DNA of 64,000 nt from Veleropilina oligotropha. Lineage: Eukaryota. Below are positions 49,292 through 63,552 of this stretch, piece after piece. The notes under the pieces were generated by a model. That model worked only from the letters and a program-made list of their open reading frames with translations, searched no databases and had not been told where the DNA came from. The DNA is taken from contig JBEUKZ010000060.1 in assembly GCA_048128005.1 (NCBI GenBank), positions 310,001 through 374,000 of the forward strand, given 5' to 3'. The number at the start of each line of letters is the position of its first letter. Position 1 is the first letter of the stretch. Position numbers and translations under genes: made by a program.

Positions 49292-50334
49292 AGTTACTTA
49301 AAAATCCAGGCATCACAATTGCACTAGATGAAACACAGGATTTCGTCTTGTCGATGGATATTAAGTTTGTCTCCAATGGCAGCCTCACAGTGACTGTGGA
49401 ATCGGGTGATAACAAGCGGTATCACATTCACTACGTGTGCAGCGACTCTTTGATCTCAATTTCAGACGAGGATATTTTCTATGGTCTAGGCAGCAATATG
49501 GAGCAATGGAAAGCCATTACTCGCGATATTACCACAGACTTGCACAAAGGCCTAGGTCTCAGGATTTCCAAAGGTAAAAAAGGTAAAAATAAAAAGTCAC
49601 TTTCGGCCCTTCGTAAGATTTCTAGTCTCAGCGTTCGTGGTCATGGATTTCTGGACAACTTAACGCTGTCGGACACAGCCCATTTGCGGCAGTTTTACGA
49701 CGCGGCGCGCTGGCTCGTGAATCACCAGGACGACAAGGGTGGCTGGGCGATCATGGTGACACGACGGTTGATCCCTAACGTCCTTGAGCTGGCCCCTGGC
49801 TGGTACTCCGCAATGGCCCAGGGTCAGGCCATGTCGCTTCTGGTGCGGGCATATCTCCACTCGGACGAGCCCAAGTTCCTCGAAGCGGCCATCAAGGCCC
49901 TGATTTTGTTCAACATCAGCAGCAAAGATGGGGGTGTCGTTGCGAAGTTCGCTAAGGCGTACACGTGGTACGAAGAGTATCCCACCACCCCCAGCAGCTA
50001 TGTGCTTAACGGGTTCATCTTCTCCCTGCTGGGGCTCTACGACGTGAAGAGCGCGGCTCAAGGTCGAAGCGCCCTGGTCGCCAGACAGTACTACGACCGA
50101 GGCATGAAGTCACTCAAGGCATTGCTCATGCTGTTTGATACCGGCTCCGGTACGCTGTACGACCTCCGACATGTGGCTCTGGGAATCGGGCCAAACCGCG
50201 CACGCTGGGACTACCACACGACACATATTAACCAGCTGCTGCTACTGGCTAGCATTGACAAAGACCCTTTATTCAAAACGACAGCGGAACGCTGGATCGG
50301 ATACATGAAGGGACAGAGGGCACATCATAATTAA
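49292..50334 (+). CDS. GLCE: GLCE coding exon 5 (catalytic C5-epimerase domain); total about 602 aa
   Basis: WYSAMAQGQAMS, WYEEYPTTPSSYVLNGF, DTGSGTLYDLRH, PNRARWDYHTTHINQL, YMKGQRAHHN*. Confidence 0.97.
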
Positions 50335-52789
50335 ATTATCAATGGAACAGAAGATGACATCATCCAAGCAACCATTAGACGCCTGCTCCAATCTGGTCTT
50401 CCAGTCGCATTAAAAAAGTCTGGTACTCTTCTAATCCATTGAAAGCACCATTGCGAGTACGTGTAATAATATTATACTTTCTAATTATATAAATCTTCAG
50501 TTTACGTATTCAGGAAGTGGAAGATCTAATTCTATGATTACGAGTTTTTTGGTGACTTGGATGAGTAGAAGTTGCCATGCTGATATATGGTTATATTGAT
50601 TTTGCCCATACTCAGGTTTTTCACACATTTAGCATATGTGAACTTTTACACAGAATACAGGCATTTCCTTTATATAGTCGGGCAAGGCAAACCTTTATGA
50701 AGCCTGTATGCATACAGGCCCAATGTAATGCCCACCTTTCTTAGGTACAAGACTATTGATTGTGAAACTTGAAATATTACGAAACCAGAAATATGAAATT
50801 ATATATTGATTGCATTGTGTATTGTTGGTGATAACCTACCTCAGTGAAACTGTTTCTGTCAGTTGGTATTAGTAAACAAGATATTAATATTTGTGCCGTC
50901 ATTGTAATATACAGGTAATGACAAGCAGGATTGTTTTCGATGATGCTTATTGCTTGCAATGAAGTTCTCTTAGTCTGGCTTTTACGATGATACAAATGTT
51001 TGTCAGGCTGAAACTGAACACGCTTGAAACTATAATGTTGTACATACGCTGATGAATTTTGTAGATATTTGCTGATTGCTAATTGTGTTTTTCTCCATAA
51101 AATGAAAATTTATGTGCTGTTTATTATAACGCTTGATTATATTTGCTGATTGCTATTGTATATTATTGCGATATTAATTGTTTTTATGAAGCTAATGAAA
51201 TTTTCATTTGTCTAGTGCAAAATAATGAACGTTAATATAAATATTTTTTTCATATTTTTATATTTATGGACATGCATGCGTATATTGCTGCAAGATTTAC
51301 AATATGCTTTGCTGAAAAGTGCTACTTAAATAATTGTTCCCCGCATATATTATATATTTGTAAGTGTTATTGTATCCCCGGACAGTAGTCGGGGATGTTG
51401 TGTTTTTGTCTTCTTTGTTCTGTGCCATGTCCGCATATATTTCCTGTTTGCATTCAACAGTCAACAGTTACAATCCTATTTACTTCAAATTTTAATATGC
51501 AGATTAGTCATGATGAGTTCAAAACCCCAAACGATTTTGGTAATTTTTGCATTCAGGATGGTAGCCATGTGAGGGAATGCAACTTAGGTTGTTGATCGTC
51601 TAGTTTTAATTGAATTTGAATATTTTCATAATCTCTAGAAAAGTATAACGAGGTCAAAATAGTCAGAATTATTTTCCTTTTGTTGAGATTTTGGATGAGT
51701 TACTTCATGTATTAAATTCTTCTGAGATCCATGCATTTAAGTGAATTAGTCTTTATCTACAAAAGCTTTTGTATAATTGCCACTATTGATATAGGAAGAC
51801 TCATATATATTATGTATACATTTATCGAATAAGTACCGGTACTGCTGTATTTAAAGTTATCTGTGAAGATAGTTGATATGTTGTTCTTCAACTGAGCACA
51901 TTACCAGTAATATGAGTGCAATTTATAAACAAGTAACATATCAATCTATTATGGTTGTACATTCGTCAACCTGGCTATTTTTGTAACTATTATTTCATAT
52001 CAATCTATAGAATAGATCATTCCCATAGTTTAATCTGTTGAAAATGATGAAAAACAAATGAAAACACGATGATATTACTAGACCACCAGCTTTTTGCTTC
52101 ATTTTATTATGGAATATTGCTTGGGATAATAGGATTATTGCTCCAGATCGGTGCACCTATTTGTTTTGTGAATATTGAAGGAAGAATGTATGATTTTCAT
52201 CTTCAGGTATTATTAGTCGTCATTTCATTATGATGTATTTAAATTATTCATTTGAAAATGCAAGTAGCAGATCGGTCACCAAAAGTTATCAGTCAAGATT
52301 GTTATGTTGCATAAATGTGATTTGAATGGGTACCATCTAATCGTGAACATCTTAATCTTTGCAAAAACAGTCATATCGCTGTAACTAAAGACATGTGTAA
52401 ATAATTAATGAATACCATAAGTGTATACCACTCAACAGTGGCTGTTATCAAGAACATTGCCTAAGTGAATGTTACCTAAGCCTTTGTTAGAAGATGCATT
52501 GGTTAGACTAGTACATGTATGTGCAAAAGTATGGAAATAAACTGGTGTATTTATTCGATAACTACTTATTAAATGGGTAATTTATTAACATGCTTCAACT
52601 TCATATTTATGCAACTTTAGTGAAAATTGTTTATAGTTATCCTCATTAAGCAAAATTCAAACTCAACTTGAATATATATCACATTTCTTTTGACAATATT
52701 TATCTTTTGCAATAAGATATTAATTGTTAATAATGATATGATATGTGATTTAAGATAGCATATTAATTAAGTCTGTTAGCTACATTTTT

Positions 52790-53320
52790 TCGTCATGTGT
52801 GTTTCGACAGTTCAGTCCATTACTCTGTGTATGTTGATACTGGACTCCATTGCGTAGATATACTAGTATGACAGATACTTTTGGGAGTCTGGAATTTTGC
52901 ATGGAAGCTTGCATTGTGAGACCCCCATGTCTCCTAATCATTCGCTGATGAAGAGACCGGGAGGTCACGCAAGTTTCCTAGCAAAATTCCGGACTCCCAA
53001 AGGCATCTATCATAATAGTTCAGTCCATGTATGTTGTGTTGCGAGTCTGACCCATGTATAATCATTCTTGTCGTCAGTCCGATCCATGTAAGTTGATCAG
53101 TGTGTCGTCGGTCCGGTCCAGGAATGACCATTAGTGTCGTGAGTCCATGTCATGTTGTTTCTATTGTCTGGTCCATGTGCGATTATTAGTGTCACGAGTC
53201 CGGTCCGTGTGTGATCATTAATGTATCGTCAATGCGGTTCGTGTATGATCTTGCATATCCCATCATTCCGGTCCATGTATGATCATACATGATCCGTCAG
53301 TCCGGATCATTCATCAGATC
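52790..53320. repeat. Highly degenerate tandem repeat, unit about 33 bp
   Basis: Recurring GTCCGGTCCATGTATGATCATTAGTGTCGT-like unit. Confidence 0.6.
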
Positions 53321-53914
53321 TCCAGGTGTATAATTATATACTGTATAAACCGCTGGTTGTGATTTTGATTTTGTATGTGGCTGATCTTGGGTGTACAAAT
53401 ATTTCTAAGAAATGGCCAACTTCTGTCTGATATATTGTATAGAATGATTTATATTTGTTCTTCATATTGTTGTATGTTTTCTCTTGAATTTTAAATTAAT
53501 GTTTTAATGAATTAATGCATTAACGATTCAGTGCAGTGATGTAATGTATGATGCATATAAAGGTGTGCATTACTTATCTAGATATTGTCAATGTGTAATA
53601 TGGTGTAGTATTAGGCTGAAGGTGTCGACTCATTCTATGTGGGAATTAGAAGGTACGTCACACTTCTGTGTTCATGATGTAGCAGCATATATGTTACAGA
53701 TGTCATCTCAACCAGTAACACAGTCAGTTTTCCTAATGCAGGATTTATACAACCTTTAAAGTACTTGAATTTGACCATCAATCTTGAATAGTTTTTGAAT
53801 TTGAAAATTGCCCAGAAAAGTCATTTATTCAGTTTTTCAATGCTCAGAGCGCATAATATTATGGGTTTCTCGACGCATATTTTTGCATTCACATATTGTG
53901 GCCTTCGCTATATT

Positions 53915-55666
53915 CAGGGTTCGTACGCGTCCTGGAAAGTCCCAGATTTTTATTGTTGTCCTTGAAAAGCCTGGAATTTACTTATAATGTCCTGGAAAAT
54001 TTAGTTTAAGTTACTTTTTTGTGTTAAAACCGATATGTATTAAGTTTTATCAACGATTGTCCTAGACCCACAAATGTCCTGAATTTCAACAAATACAGCC
54101 GATTTCACTATCCAAGTCCAATCTTTAGATGCAGTCCAAAATCTTTTAGACTGTCTACATTAAAAATACGTTTCACCAATGAGGTCTTAGTCTACCGAAT
54201 TGGGTCCAACTAGACTCTGTCTTCGGTGATTGTAGACTCGGTCTAAACATGATTTCATTTCACCAACGTTGTCTATATCTGGCAGAGTCTAAATTTAGAC
54301 AAAAAGTCATGAAATTGTAAACGAAATTGGCGAACGCTGTTCCGTTTCTGGATGAAGTTTTCATCATTGAGGCGAAGACGTGTTAGGCGTGTTTTTCGTT
54401 AACATATGGACATTTCAGAATTTGGCAGTAGGTTTACCATATACACGTAATTGCCTAAGTTGTTGACGAGATGGAACATGCAAGGAATATGAACTACTGC
54501 ATAAACCCCCAGTTATTGAGAAGCGTTATCGACGGATGAGTGGTTAGCACGAAAGTCTCTCAACCAAAGCTGTTGGTTGGTCCTGTGTTCATTCTATAGC
54601 TTCAAGTAATAGAAGGTGTACGCTCTAAATGTCAGTCAGATCGAAGTGAGACCATAAGCCCAGGTGTCCCGACTGCGATACGGTCGAAAAATTGGTCTTA
54701 AACTAATGTTTTCAGCCAACTCAGTCACAGGTACTGGCGTATGTCGATGTCTGGCATTTATCAGCGTGTGATAAGATACGAGGAGTGACGCAGGGTAGTG
54801 CAGCTATAGAGACTCGGCAGCAACACTGTACTTGAACACAACATTTCTACCGTATGACTGGATTTTCAATTGCAACAAGGTGTACATAGTACATACATGA
54901 TTACTTATCCAACACGCGTGTCCAGCCCTGCCATTTATATGAATCGAAAGGGTATCTTCTCTCTGAATGGTGTGTAATAACAAGATAATAATTTTGGATG
55001 TTCGCAGGCAACATTCGACTCGTGGCGGTCACATGTTTCAGAATAGTATCCCCAGAGACTGTCTAGTAGATGCTTAGAGAGTTTACGGCATCCTGCTGGG
55101 AGATGACGAGTATACAGTACATGTTAGAGATTTCTTCTCACGACTGTTCTACGACCATCTACTGACGAAGAGAGACTATACAATACTGTTTTGAAAAAAA
55201 GATTCCCATGTATCAGTTTGGCGTCTAGATTGCATTGTCACCGAGAAACTAGAAAGGTTGTGATCGATTCTCTATGTATACTTCAAATATCAAAATAAAC
55301 AGTCGATGATGCCGTTTCATTTAGACATTCAATTACATCATTTCACTGCATATTTATCAATGTAAAAATTGTTGTGATTACCCGTGTGCACAGCCATTTT
55401 CAAATTCTACATGATCGATAGATACTACTATGACATTTTACATGCGATGCACGGGCAATGTCTAAACCGCATTGGACGACGTCTTACTGGACTGTGTTTA
55501 ACAATTTGTAGACGAGGTTGGTGAAATGTAATTTGTGTTTAAATTTGGAATCGGTCTAAGAAGACTTGGTCGTGTCTAACTTGAACTTGAACTTGCTTGG
55601 TGAAATCATCTGATAATGTCCTGGAAAGTCCTTGAATTTTGTCAAAGCCCAAGTGTATGAACCCTG
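53915..55666. mobile_element. Unclassified non-autonomous TIR element (related degenerate copy at about 46803-47120)
   Basis: CAGGGTTCGTAC / GTATGAACCCTG termini, TT on both flanks, GTCCTGGAAA subterminal repeats. Confidence 0.65.
54096..55612 (+). mobile_element. Decayed Harbinger element nested in 53915-55666
   Basis: Imperfect TIR CAGCCGATTTCAC / GTGAAATCATCTG. Residual HARBI1-like motifs YMNRKG..SLN (about 54937), GILLGD (about 55087) and EERLYN. Confidence 0.6.
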
Positions 55667-57811
55667 TTAATAATAATATTGATGGTGCCTGCTCCTCTAG
55701 CACTGATGTTGAAAATATAATTTAATATAAGCAATGTGTGAAATCGGTGTTTTTGGTCGTAGAAATGGGGTTGCTCAAGGCACTCGAATATTGATTTGCA
55801 TTAAAAAATTGTCCTTGAAAGTCCTGTAAATCCTTGTATTCCATCATGACATTTCTGTGTGGACTATGTAATAAGTAAGCTAGAGTCCATCAACAACATC
55901 CGCGACATTATCTAGCTACAAAATTAAAAGTTGCACATCGCCAATTGATATAGATTTAATCATCTGACATAACCATTTAAAAAGTGGATTGCACTGATGG
56001 CCGAGTGAATAAGATCTCAAACACTGAATTCATTCGCTTGATTGTTCTGTCAAACAGGAGTGCGTTCGATTTCTCAGCATAGCATTCTTTGGTCATTTAA
56101 CACCCACAGTTGTTTATTTCGTTCTGTAATAATATGGATTGAATATTACTATAATTTGCAGGTTTGTCTATAATTGTGAAATAAGGCTGTTCATAATGTT
56201 ATACATGTGTATATGATGTTATTGTACCATCCATCCCGAGGAAATGGCCGATCTTTAACCACGGTCAATCTACATGCATTTAGTAATTGTTTAACACTAT
56301 ACTGTTCTTATTAGGTTGTGTCTGTCTTGTATTTATGTATATAACTTACAAATTTGTATGTGTGTTTATGAAATATTGTGTACACAAATGTTTGTATATT
56401 TTGGTAAAACTCCAGTTGATGTAAAATGATTCATTTCTGGGTATTAGGGAATGGATCATTTGAAGGGTTTATTCCAATGCTAATAAAATGTAGTATCATT
56501 AGACTATATATCGCTATCATATTCCTACATTAATATTGAACCAGTAGTATACCAGCATGGTTCTCAATTCACTCACTCTGGCTGCTATTTCTAACAGGAA
56601 TTTATTTAAATCCTCGGCTGTGATCTTTGTTCAATTAACAGTCACAGTTGTCCATTACGTTCAGGAGGATGAGGCCGCTTCAACAGTACAGTGATATCGG
56701 TTGTGGACTCCGAAAACCACTGACTCCATTCCGCTGACCCGAACTGTAGTGGGTTCAAACCTCGGCAGGGGCAGCACACATTTGTTCAAATTATGAATCA
56801 CAGTTGTCCATATCTGGTCGGAGAGGTCGGGTTTACCCGGGCGACCGGACTTTCCCGCGATAATACGGACATGTCCTGCTTTGAAACAAATGATGGTTGG
56901 AAATATACAGTACATTAAGCATCGTACTGATAAGCATATCTATGAAGGCTGAATGGTTATGATGCCGGCCCACAATGTCAGAAATTCATGTTTGATTCCT
57001 GGTGTGGCACAAATTTTTCTTCATTGCACGCGGCCTCAATTAATGTTATCATTCAATCTTGATTGTTATTGGCATGGTCGTTAACACATTATATATGCAT
57101 GAATGTCTATTATAAAAATCAGGGTTATTCATTGGCTAAATTACCTGTTTTCTTATGTTTCCACTTTGCCATTGTGTTCACACAACATTTTAACCAAGCA
57201 TTCATAATGCCTTCGCAGACTTTCGAGAAAATATGTGGACACAACATCTGGAATATCATAAGATTTCATGGATGTAATCAAACTCCATCGGTAACTAGAC
57301 CGCTCCAATAGCTGTGTTTTCTCAATGGGCTACTCTGAAATCACTGGCTTGACTGCTCGGACTAACAGGAGTGCATTCGAATCTCGGTTGGGGCTATGGA
57401 ATTCTTTGTTCAGTTACCAATCACAGTTGTCCATAACTGGTCGAAGAGTTTTCCCAGGCAAACAGGCTTTTCTCCTGCGATAATAGGGAAATATCCAGGT
57501 TCGAACCTGAAGGTTTTAAATATACTGAACATTTAGCATCGATCCAATCCATTGGTAACTGAAAAAAGAACAGGGTATGCGACGTCTGACTTTCATAGTT
57601 TCCAGATTAAAGAGACTATTGCCCGTAAATGCGCTCTTTTTAAATAAGAAAAATACCTGCATTACACTTTTTGTTTATAACATAAAAGTTTGTAATTTTC
57701 AACACTCAACTTTTGTCAGTAATTTGCTACTGGTTAAATTAATCTCTAATGAATATTTAAAAATAATAAAACGCGGTCCGCGTTTAATTACCTCGCACAG
57801 AGTGCATTTGT

Positions 57812-58936
57812 AACAAGAGCAATCAGAGGAGATTGCTAACCCTCGCCCCGGGCTAAGGAAGACGATGGTGAAAGTCATAAATGTCTACAATGAATATTTC
57901 TGAACATTAATTATAATCATAAAAATGTGATGCCAAATCATAACAAAATTCTAGTAATAACAAAGCTTAAGTAAAAAATGTAAACTTTTTTGGGAGGTAA
58001 CGGGAATCGAACCATTGACCTCAAGGTTAATCGACAACGCTTTAACCATTCGCGCTATTCGTACATTTCTAAATATAGCTGATATTGTAGGCTATATATA
58101 CTTGGTGTTTGATTTTGTATTTGCAAATTTTGCCGAACATGACAATATTTAACTCTCAATAACTCAATAGTACTAAAGGGATATACCTGAAATTTTAAAG
58201 AGAGGTAGATTACGGGAACCTTGCTTAATGGTGTAAATTATATCACTGCGTTAATAGTATTTAAAGAGCAATCTCAAATACTGCAACGCCTCGACGATTT
58301 TAAGCTCTGAACAAAATTATTGCTACAAATTCGCTCGAACAAACAAAGTATAACGAGAAGAGTTGTAGATAATGTCTCACTCTGTCACTTCTTAAAATTT
58401 CAGGTGTCTGGAGTAAGTGGTTACCGATTTACGTCCATTTATTGCATTTTACTTTGGTTGATTTCTAAAATGCTTATAAAGTTCACATTTCACATTATTT
58501 TCTAAATATTTTTGCTGATATATCATTATAATTTCATCAGGACTACGATTTGCATAACGAATTTACACAATTTAATTCGATTTGGCGGAATTAGATGTGA
58601 CCCCTATTTGTAAAATTTTAAATTCCCCTGGCGGCCATCTTGTGTGAGGTAGATTATATATAATTCATGTTGTCATTGGCCCCTGATCTAAAGAACATTT
58701 TGAGCCTAATTTGAAGTTTTAACGCTATAGCCGAAAATGAGTATACCGGATATTGCGCATAAAATCCGAACCCGGATAACAATCCGGACCATCTTCGAGG
58801 AGGACCGAGCCACGGAGAAATCTTATCTTGTGTAAAAATTTCAAGTAAATCGTTTAAACAGTTTTCGAGTTTTGCGAATGGACAGACATACATACGGAGC
58901 CGATTACAATACCCTCTCCTCCGGAGGCGAGGGTAA
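57812..58936 (-). mobile_element. HINE/Helentron-like element carrying a tRNA-like segment
   Basis: AACAAG plus hairpin AGCAATC..GATTGCT end, subterminal IR ACCCTCGCC/GGCGAGGGT, ACAT microsatellite. Confidence 0.7.
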
Positions 58937-59063
58937 TTAACCTAGTTGGAGCACATTTGCGTAGGTGTCTGCTTGTCAAGTAAGATGGCTTTCTACTTGA
59001 CAATAACATATATTGCCCAGTTACAATAATAATTTTAATAAAAGTCTCATTTGTTCATATATC

Positions 59064-60112
59064 TACGGAGCCCCTAAAGTGTCAGGAAATAAAAAAATAT
59101 TATTGCGGTCCCTCGCAATATTATTTCGTTCCCTCGCATTATTATTGCGAGGGAACGCTATAATATTGCGAGGGGACGCAATAATATTGCGAGGGAACGC
59201 AATAAAATCGCGTGATATTATTGTCGACAATGGCTGGTTAATAGGCTGTCTATGGAGTTACGTCGTGCGAAATAGACAAACCGACAATAAAGCAGCTGGT
59301 ACGATGTTATTTCTACCTCGGTTTAAAGCAGAAAGACATCCTCTATGTCCTGGCGAACACCCACAAGACTACCATAAGTGAAAGTCATCTGAAGCGATTA
59401 TTAAAATCAATGAGGTTGTTCAGATATTCGCACTATTCTGAATATGAGGAAGTTTTTGATTTTATCATCGCAAATGGATACATCTGGTCAACTACATGGT
59501 TACCGATGGATGTATACTAAATGCAGGGAAGCTGGAATCCGGGTGAGAAAGGAGGATGTTCGTTTTCTTTTGAACAGTTTGGATCCGGAAGGAGTAAGTA
59601 TACGACGTAGAAGACAACTTCGACGTCGGAATTATTTTGCTCGGGGACCAAATTACATATGGCATGTTGATTCGTATGATAAACTCAAGACATACGGGCT
59701 TTGCATCAACGGATCATGCATAGATGGATTATCGCGTAGAATAATTTGGTTGATTGTGTATTTTACAAGCAGTGATCCAAGACTTATTGGTGGGTATTAC
59801 ATAAATGGAGTTGAAAAATGCAACGGCTGTCCTCGTGTCGTAAGGTGTGATTTTGGGACTGAAAATGTACATATCAGAGACATCCAACGCTTCCTTCGAA
59901 GAAATGGAACCGATGAAATGGCAGGTGAAAAGAGTTATCTTGCAGGAGCAAGCACTGCAAATCAAAGGATCGAAAGCTGGTGGAGTTTCTTACGGAGATA
60001 ATGCATCCAATTCTGGTTGTGTATGTTCTCAGCCATGAAAGATCAAGGATTACATGATGGTGGCTTTATAGACAAAAATTTAATGCAGTTTTGCTTTCTT
60101 GGTTTATTGCAG
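59064..60112 (+). mobile_element. IS3EU DNA transposon remnant (left end plus frameshifted DDE transposase)
   Basis: TACGG terminus and inverted 22-bp subterminal repeats (ATTATTGCGAGGGAACGC). Motifs HGYRWM, LDPEGV..RRRRQLRRR.Y...GPNYIWHVDSYDKLK.YG, IDGLSR, DFGTEN, STANQRIESWW. Donor GTTAGT at 60113. No right end found. Confidence 0.8.
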
Positions 60113-62539
60113 GTTAGTAACATTATTGTTGTATGTTCTTTTTAAATAACTAATATACGCCTGTACGTTAAACTTGGCATTTCCGGAGCATGTCACATTA
60201 ACGGCTCGACATATCTTTACGAACTTGGTGGGTGAATTAAGTAGTTGATGAACTGGTGCCTTTTTGCTAATGTTAATGTTGTGCGACGACCAGTTTATAT
60301 CATTGTTTTAAGTTTGTTGAAATTATATTATCTGGACCGCATCTCATAATCCGCTGGACGTGTCTTTACGAGTCTTGGTGAGTGTTATAAATAGTTGTTA
60401 AACTGGTGCCTTTTGCTATTTTCGATTAAAAAGTGTAAAAAATAACGTTTCTGGATTATATTTCATAAACCTCTTGACCGAGTTTCAAATTCGGTAAAAT
60501 GTGTTTCTAATAAGTAGCTGGTGAACTGGTGTCCTTTGCAAATTTTAATGTTGCGCTGCGATTGTTCACGGAGTTATTGCCATTGTTTCAAATTTGTCTT
60601 TTCAAGGGTACATATCATAGATTGGATTGGATCAATTAATGACCCGTAAATTAACAATTTTAGGGTTCAATCCAGGGCTTGTCCATATTATCGCGGGAGG
60701 AAACCCCGATCACTCGGATAAACCCTCCCTCGCCGACCAGTTGCGGACAACTGTAACTGATAACTGAACAGAGAGATGCATTGCCCTGCCGAAGATTCGA
60801 ACCTTCGCCTGTTTAGACATTGCAGCAATAATGTATATCTGTTTAGACTAAAAAAATGAGATATTTACTATCGTTTCAAACCTAACATCAGAAGCATTTT
60901 TGTTTTGCCAGATACGATCACAAACCAAGTTCCAAATTCAGTCAGAGAATTAAAGGCCAGAGAATTGGAAACAAAGCAGGCGCACCCATTTTCAGGTTAT
61001 ATGGTAACTCTAACCAACAGCACTGTAAACGCATTGCAGAAGTTTAATTACTGCTCTTACTACAATATTATCTCTTAAGTCTGATGAATGCAAGGGCACA
61101 TTATCCCAAGTTTTAAGGGAGTAATACACCCATTAATACCCCCCCAAAAAAAAATTCGTGTCGCCCGTTCGGAAAATGAAAACAGCTATCATATTATAAT
61201 GACAATCAGACACATATACCCTCATGGTCAATATATCTAACGTACAACTTTCTCTTAGTATATCAAATAATATCTGCTATTGGACCAGAGAAGTACTGTT
61301 CGCTTCTGCACATGCGCTCTTACATGTCACAGAAGAAGATACAAAATAATATTCGCAGTACCTTGATGATGACCAATCCGAACCTTCTGAAGAACTAGTG
61401 AAATCTAGTCAGGCATTGGTTATCATTAAAAGCTCGTCATGGTGGTAAAAATTACACATTGGCAAGTATTCGAATACAGAAGTTTCTGGAAGGATTAACC
61501 GATGTTCCTCAGCATGTTCACCAAATAACCACACATCGCAATATAAAAGAAAATGCTATTCTATATTCAAAATGGAAAGTTGGCAAAAAATTGGAACTGC
61601 AGCCAATAATGGCGACATGTGGTGATATATATTAAATAATACACTGATGGTCGAGGTGTGATATCACTATTAGATCGAGGCGTAGCCGAGATTTGATGGT
61701 GATATCACGCAGAGTATCATCAGTGTATGTAGTAAATAATAATCTGCCACGCCGGGCGATATCGGCGTTTATGGCTCGAGCGAAGCAAGAGCCATTAAGA
61801 CCGATATCGCCTTGTGGTGGCAGGTTACTATTTGTCATACATGCCATGCAAATCAATTGTAAATAGCAAGCTGTAACCCCTTTAAAATGGATTTACCCAT
61901 TATAACAGGCCGTGCGCATATTTATCAAAATAGTGGACTCTGCCATTCACACCTTTCCAGTCCATTGTTAAGCCCAAGAGGTAGGGTCCACTCGAGGGAA
62001 TCTCATTGTTTTGGTAATTACCCTGAACAATGAGGCTCCTCGCTCTCCCATTCCTATTGTTCTTATATTAAGCCCACGGTATGTATTACTTGTTATAAAT
62101 CCCGTTAGTATATATCAGGTAGAAAATGAGTGATACCAACACGGTCAAATATCTGATATCACCCCTTGGGGTTTATGGCCGAGATACGACAGTCGGCATT
62201 GTTTGCTAAAATCTCTATTATGCAGCCACATACTGCGATTGCTCTTAACACTGGTGGCATATCATCATACGATTGGTGGAACGCGTGATTGTTCGATCGT
62301 CAACTACTGGAGAAGATTCATCGCAAGAGCAATCGTAGGTAGTCTTGCGACTGATGATCACGATCAGAGCCCGATGAGATATAAAGGCTCGCGGTCGTGC
62401 GTCGGCATTAATAGTCACCTAGCGCTCAAGGGGTGCGCTTCGTCGAACTTCTCAATTGCAACCCACAACTTCGTAATAAGCTCTACCTTCCAAGAATGGG
62501 AAAGGCCGTAGTTTGATGACCCGCCATAATCTGATGTCG

Positions 62540-63552
62540 GGGATGTTTGGCTGAAAATCACCGATACCGGCCTCGCAGGACAATTCCGCCCGGGTCATGC
62601 CAGCCAAACCACAGGATACGTTGACGACTCAGCAGGGGATGAAGCGGCGACAAGAGAAAAAAGGTGCCAGAGCTTGAGCTAACAGCAGAGCAAACTTTCT
62701 GTGAATGGTTCGTGGACCACCCTCTGTTTTGCGGCAATTTAATAAACCGACAAACATAAGACCGCCTCCAGAGCAACGAGGACGGGGAGCTCAACATGAG
62801 CGGTAATTAAATTTAGAAACCCATTTCATATCTCAACCATTGTGGGGCACCCGAAATGAATAAGCTTTGGTCCCCATCTACCGTGAGCCTGGGCTTTACT
62901 TTGAGAAGCAGTTCGTGGAACATGCGCGATTCCATGCGTATGTCGTTGGTGAAATCATCCTGTGACGCTCTTCCACTTCACTCATCATATTGATGTAGCT
63001 GCCGTATAAGGATCGCCTCTCGATCCAAGGACCCAGTATTAATTGGCGCCTTCTTTATTTGATGGTTTCATCGGAAAAGCACGACTGTGGCCACTGCACC
63101 CTATGCTGATGTTGCACCATCTAAAGCTGGGCCAGCATAAGTTCGAGGAGGCTCTAGTACATCTGCCATAGGGATATTCTCTCTTCGGTAGGCGCAGTAT
63201 AGAGTGACCTGATCCCAAGAAGCCAATCCAAATATGGTGGCATCGAAAAGCTAAAGACTGACGGTGGCACGTACATTTGCACGATCAATCGTGAAACTGC
63301 TTAACCCGCGATCATAGACGACAGGTGCATGCAACCATTCAAGACTGGTCGACAGTGGTCTGTCTTCGACCTCTTGCGATTTGAAATAGCAGATCAGAAG
63401 TTTTGAACATGATCATCGGCTTTGTCGTGACTGATTTTGTTCTTGCGATCACCCACGACCTCTGTGACCAGTAGTGCTGTTTCTAAGATCTCCAAAAAAA
63501 AATTGTCACAAATAGGCTGTAGCCTGGTCCGTTTCCCGGTGTGACTGGGGCT
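62540..63552. mobile_element. Highly decayed Harbinger-like remnant
   Basis: Minus strand at about 62840-63060 reads RMESRMFHELLLKVKPRLT and FRVPHN. Plus strand at about 62680-62730 reads LTAEQ..CEWFVDHPLF (Myb/MADF-like). GTGTGACTGGGGCT terminus-like motif at 63552. Confidence 0.45.

Noticed and set aside
49660..50061. Antisense ORF over GLCE (also antisense ORFs over DIRS and Sola1)
   Set aside because: Expected shadows of GC-rich coding strands, with no recognisable motifs.
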